From Mobula hypostoma (taxonomy: Eukaryota), in contig NC_086097.1 in NCBI RefSeq assembly GCF_963921235.1, positions 112,966,001 to 113,030,000 of the forward strand: DNA of 64,000 nucleotides. Reading direction: 5' to 3'. The first letter of the stretch is position 1. Every line of letters begins with the position of its first letter. Positions 60,780 through 64,000 of the stretch are shown in pieces. Position numbers and translations under genes: made by a program. The notes under the pieces are model-generated. The model saw only the letters and a list, made by a program, of their open reading frames with translations. It was not told the origin of the DNA and made no database searches.

Positions 60780-63096
60780 GAAACATAGAAACATAGAAAA
60801 TAGGTGCAGGAGTAGGCCATTCGGCCCTTCGAGCCTGCACCGCCATTTATTATAATCATGGCCGATCATCCAACTCAGAACCCCGCCCCAGCCTTCCCTC
60901 CATACCCCCTGACCCCTGTAGCCACAAGGGCCATATCTAACTCCCTCTTAAACATAGCTAATGAACTGGCCTCAACAGTGTGCTGTGGCAGAGAATTCCA
61001 CAGATTTACCACTCTCTGTGTGAAGAAGTTTTTCCTAATCTCGGTCCTAAAAGGCTTCCCCTCTATCCTCAAACTGTGACCCCTCGTTCTGGACTTCCCC
61101 AACATCGGGAACAATCTTCCTGCATCTAGCCTGTCCAATCCCTTTAGGATCTTATACGTTTCAATCAGATCCCCCCTCAATCTTCTAAATTCCAACGAGT
61201 ACAAGCCCAGTTCATCCAGTCTTTCTTCATATGAAAGTCCTGCCATCCCAGGAATCAATCTGGTGAACCTTCTTTGTACTCCCTCTATGGCAAAGATGTC
61301 TTTCCTCAGATTAGGGGACCAAAACTGCACACAATACTCCAGGTGTGGTCTCACCAAGGCCTTGTACAACTGCAGTAGTACCTCCCTGCTCCTGTACTCG
61401 AATCCTCTCGCTATAAATGCCAGCATACCATTCGCCTTTTTCACCGCCTGCTGTACCTGCATGCCCACTTTCAATGACTGGTGTATAATGACACCCAGGT
61501 CTCGTTGCACCTCCCCTTTTCCTAATCGGCCACCACTCAGATAATAATCTGTTTTCCTATTTTTGCCACCAAAGTGGATAACTTCACATTTATCCACATT
61601 AAATTGCATCTGCCATGAGTTTGCCCACTCACCCAACCTATCCAAGTCACCCTGCATCCTCTTAGCATCCTCCTCACTGCTAACACTGCCGCCCAGCTTC
61701 GTGTCATCCGCAAACTTGGAGATACTGCATTTAATTCCCTCATCCAAGTCATTAATATATATTGTAAAGAACTGGGGTCCCAGCACTGAGCCTTGCGGTA
61801 CCCCACTAGTCACCGCCTGCCATTCTGAAAAGGTCCCGTTTATTCCCACTCTTTGCTTCCTGTCTGCTAACCAATTCTCCACCCACACCAATACCTTACC
61901 CCCAATACCGTGTGCTTTAAGTTTGCACACTAATCTCCTGTGTGGGACCTTGTCAAAAGCCTTTTGAAAATCCAAATATACCACATCCACTGGTTCTCCC
62001 CTATCCACTCTACTAGTTACATCCTCAAAAAATTCTATGAGATTTGTCAGACATGATTTTCCTTTCACAAATCCATGCTGACTTTGTCCGATCATTTCTC
62101 CGCTTTCCAAATGTGCTGTTATCACATCCTTGATAACTGACTCCAGCAGTTTCCCCACCACCGACGTTAGGCTAACCGGTCTATAATTCCCCGGTTTCTC
62201 TCTCCCTCCTTTTTTAAAAATTGGGGTTACATTAGCCACCCTCCAATCCTCAGGAACTAGTCCAGAATCTAACGAGTTTTGAAAAATTATCACTAATGCA
62301 TCCACTATTTCTTGGGCTACTTCCTTAAGCACTCTAGGATGCAGACCATCTGGCCCTGGGGATTTATCTGCCTTCAATCCCTTCAATTTACCTAACACCA
62401 CTTCCCTACTAACATGTATTTCACTCAGTTCCTCCATCTCACCGGACCCTCTGTCCCTTACTATTTCTGGAAGATTATTTATGTCCTCCTTAGTGAAGAC
62501 AGAACCAAAGTAATTATTCAATTGGTCTGCCATGTCCTTGCTCCCCATAATCAATTCACCTGTTTCTGTCTGCAGGGTACCTACATTTGTCTTTACCAGT
62601 CTTTTCCTTTTTACATATCTATAAAAGCTTTTACAGTCCGTTTTTATGTTCTCTGCCAGTTTTCTCTCATAATCTTTTTTCCCCTTCCTAATTAAGCCCT
62701 TTGTCCTCCTCTGCTGAACTCTGAATTTCTCCCAGTCCTCAGGTGAGCCACTTTCTCTGGCTAATTTGTATGCTACTTCTTTGGAATTGATACTATCCCT
62801 AATTTCTCTTGTCAGCCACGGGTGCACTACCTTCCTTGATTTATTCTTTTGCCAAACTGGGATGAACAATTGTTGTAGTTCATCCATGCAACCTATAAAT
62901 GCTTGCCATTGCATATCCACCGTCAATCCTTTAAGTGTCATTTGCCTGTCTATCTTAGCTAATTCACGTCTCATACCTTCAAAGTTACCCCTCTTTAAGT
63001 TCAGAACCTTTGTTTCTGAATTAACTATGTCACTCTCCATATTAATGAAGAATTCCACCATATTATGGTCACTCTTACCCAAGGGGCCTCTCACGA
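60780..63096 (-). mobile_element. Young 5'-truncated CR1 LINE inserted in Gypsy gag
   Basis: (tagaaaca)n tail; cata duplicated at 60776-60779 and 63097-63100; gag reads KLPRY|DSTSH across the site. Confidence 0.97.
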
Positions 63097-63265
63097 CATA
63101 TCTGGGGAGCTTCAGGATGGACCCTGTCGTGTTAATTGATGGGACCCGTTGGTCTTCCTCTTTCCCCAATGCTGTTGGAGGAGTCTGCCATGTTGCCCGT
63201 CCTCCCACGGCTGAAGCGTTTTGAGCTCCCCGGCGCAAGCCACACTGCGGGTGATATGCTCCCAT
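60875..63265 (-). CDS. Chimeric ORF: ~56 aa Gypsy leader/Gag fused in frame to CR1 ORF2 (SDH end of endonuclease, RT, C-terminus)
   Basis: 796 aa without stops; junction ILKLPRY|VVRGPLGKSDHNMVEF; intact KFADD catalytic motif. Expression not shown. Confidence 0.75.
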   Translation of the reverse strand: MGAYHPQCGLRRGAQNASAVGGRATWQTPPTALGKEEDQRVPSINTTGSILKLPRYVVRGPLGKSDHNMVEFFINMESDIVNSETKVLNLKRGNFEGMRRELAKIDRQMTLKGLTVDMQWQAFIGCMDELQQLFIPVWQKNKSRKVVHPWLTREIRDSINSKEVAYKLARESGSPEDWEKFRVQQRRTKGLIRKGKKDYERKLAENIKTDCKSFYRYVKRKRLVKTNVGTLQTETGELIMGSKDMADQLNNYFGSVFTKEDINNLPEIVRDRGSGEMEELSEIHVSREVVLGKLKGLKADKSPGPDGLHPRVLKEVAQEIVDALVIIFQNSLDSGLVPEDWRVANVTPIFKKGGREKPGNYRPVSLTSVVGKLLESVIKDVITAHLESGEMIGQSQHGFVKGKSCLTNLIEFFEDVTSRVDRGEPVDVVYLDFQKAFDKVPHRRLVCKLKAHGIGGKVLVWVENWLADRKQRVGINGTFSEWQAVTSGVPQGSVLGPQFFTIYINDLDEGIKCSISKFADDTKLGGSVSSEEDAKRMQGDLDRLGEWANSWQMQFNVDKCEVIHFGGKNRKTDYYLSGGRLGKGEVQRDLGVIIHQSLKVGMQVQQAVKKANGMLAFIARGFEYRSREVLLQLYKALVRPHLEYCVQFWSPNLRKDIFAIEGVQRRFTRLIPGMAGLSYEERLDELGLYSLEFRRLRGDLIETYKILKGLDRLDAGRLFPMLGKSRTRGHSLRIEGKPFRTEIRKNFFTQRVVNLWNSLPQHTVEASSLAMFKRELDMALVATGVRGYGGKAGAGF

Positions 63266-63449
63266 ATGAAGGGGAGCCTGGATACGCTTCCCTGGGAGAG
63301 CCCAATGCTCGGTTCCCAGTTCTCCCTTCGGATCAAAGATCCGTCTTTGGGAGTCTAGCCCAAGGATGCGGAGGGTCCCTCAACTTACTCCCTGGATCTT
63401 AAGACGCTCCATCCGATTTCGTAGTTATTCAATTTCACCGTCAATTTCT

Positions 63450-63471
63450 AATCCCACTCCAGACGATAACA
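63450..63471 (-). promoter_or_regulatory. Degenerate primer-binding site (tRNA-Leu type)
   Basis: Minus strand tgttatcgtctggagtgggatt directly after the 5' LTR resembles TGGTGTCAGAAGTGGGAT. Confidence 0.6.
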
Positions 63472-63782
63472 TGGTGAGCATTCAGTCCATGATGACAGAC
63501 GAGAAAAGCTTGCTTATCTCCACTGCTGTTTTTATTGCGACAAGCACAATAACAGACCTGGGAGAGAACGACTCAGCCACATACAGATTATTACACACCC
63601 CAGTTACAGTCAGGGGGACCCTCAAACACACAAACGAATAACAATATGACACGAGCTCAAATGTAACAATAAATGATTACCTCACCAAAATTACCCAAAC
63701 GCATTTTAAAACATGAACAATAAGGAGGGCTAGGCACTAGGAGTGCTGGGGTGAACTGCAACCACGCCCCTGGAACGCCACA
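63472..63782 (-). repeat. 5' LTR of the Gypsy element
   Basis: Starts tgtggcgttccagg, ends ctcacca; colinear with 50954-51282. Confidence 0.85.
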
Positions 63783-63834
63783 GTGTGCATGAAGTATACA
63801 ATCTTCAGATTCATCTTCCCCACAGAGAGCCATG

Positions 63835-64000
63835 CTCTTTTAACATTATATGTCAAGAGGACTAGAATATAAAAACAAGGATGTAATGCTGAGGCTTTAT
63901 AAAGCACTGGTGAGGCCTCACTTGGAGCATTGTGAGCAGTTTTGGGACTTATCTTAGAAAGGATGTGCTGACACTCGGAAGGTTCAAAGGAGGTTCACAA
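63835..64000 (+). mobile_element. CR1 fragment running off the window end
   Basis: RGLEYKNKDVMLRLYKALVRPHLEHCEQFW. Confidence 0.9.

Larger units (their letters stand above)
50954..63782 (-). mobile_element. Full-length decayed Ty3/Gypsy LTR retrotransposon with nested insertions
   Basis: Two LTRs, PBS and PPT. Domain order gag (KLPRYDSTSHLEPYLAQ, CYQCG), protease (ALVDTG, CIIGLDLL), RT (KKD.SW.FCVDY, DSYPLPRIDD, YLND), RNase H (HTDAS), integrase (HFGV.KT...FYWP, GLDILGP, QGRNFE). Possible TSD gtat/gtgt. Confidence 0.92.

Overview
AT-rich vertebrate intergenic or intronic DNA made almost entirely of transposable elements. The mix of CR1, Rex/Babar, HE1-like V-SINEs and Penelope-derived repeats suggests a cartilaginous fish, probably a ray (inference). 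No host protein-coding gene could be recognised; only weak exon-like candidates are present. The largest structure is a ~12.8 kb decayed Ty3/Gypsy provirus on the minus strand (50954-63782). It carries three later additions: a 987-bp solo LTR with a 5-bp TSD inside RT, a ~4.4-kb minisatellite grown out of its own pol sequence, and a young CR1 LINE inserted in frame into gag. That last insertion makes an uninterrupted 796-aa Gag-CR1 reverse-transcriptase ORF just downstream of the 5' LTR. A second, nearly identical CR1 with an open RT frame lies at 36535-38742. About nine minimal type-I hammerhead ribozyme motifs from two Penelope-like families are scattered through the window, two of them on ~95-bp TSD-flanked insertions. 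Also present are an internally deleted Chapaev3-type DNA transposon (TIRs plus TAA TSD), an R4/Rex6-type RLE retrotransposon, a Tc1-derived element and tRNA-SINEs. Family names come from motif recognition by eye, not database searches.
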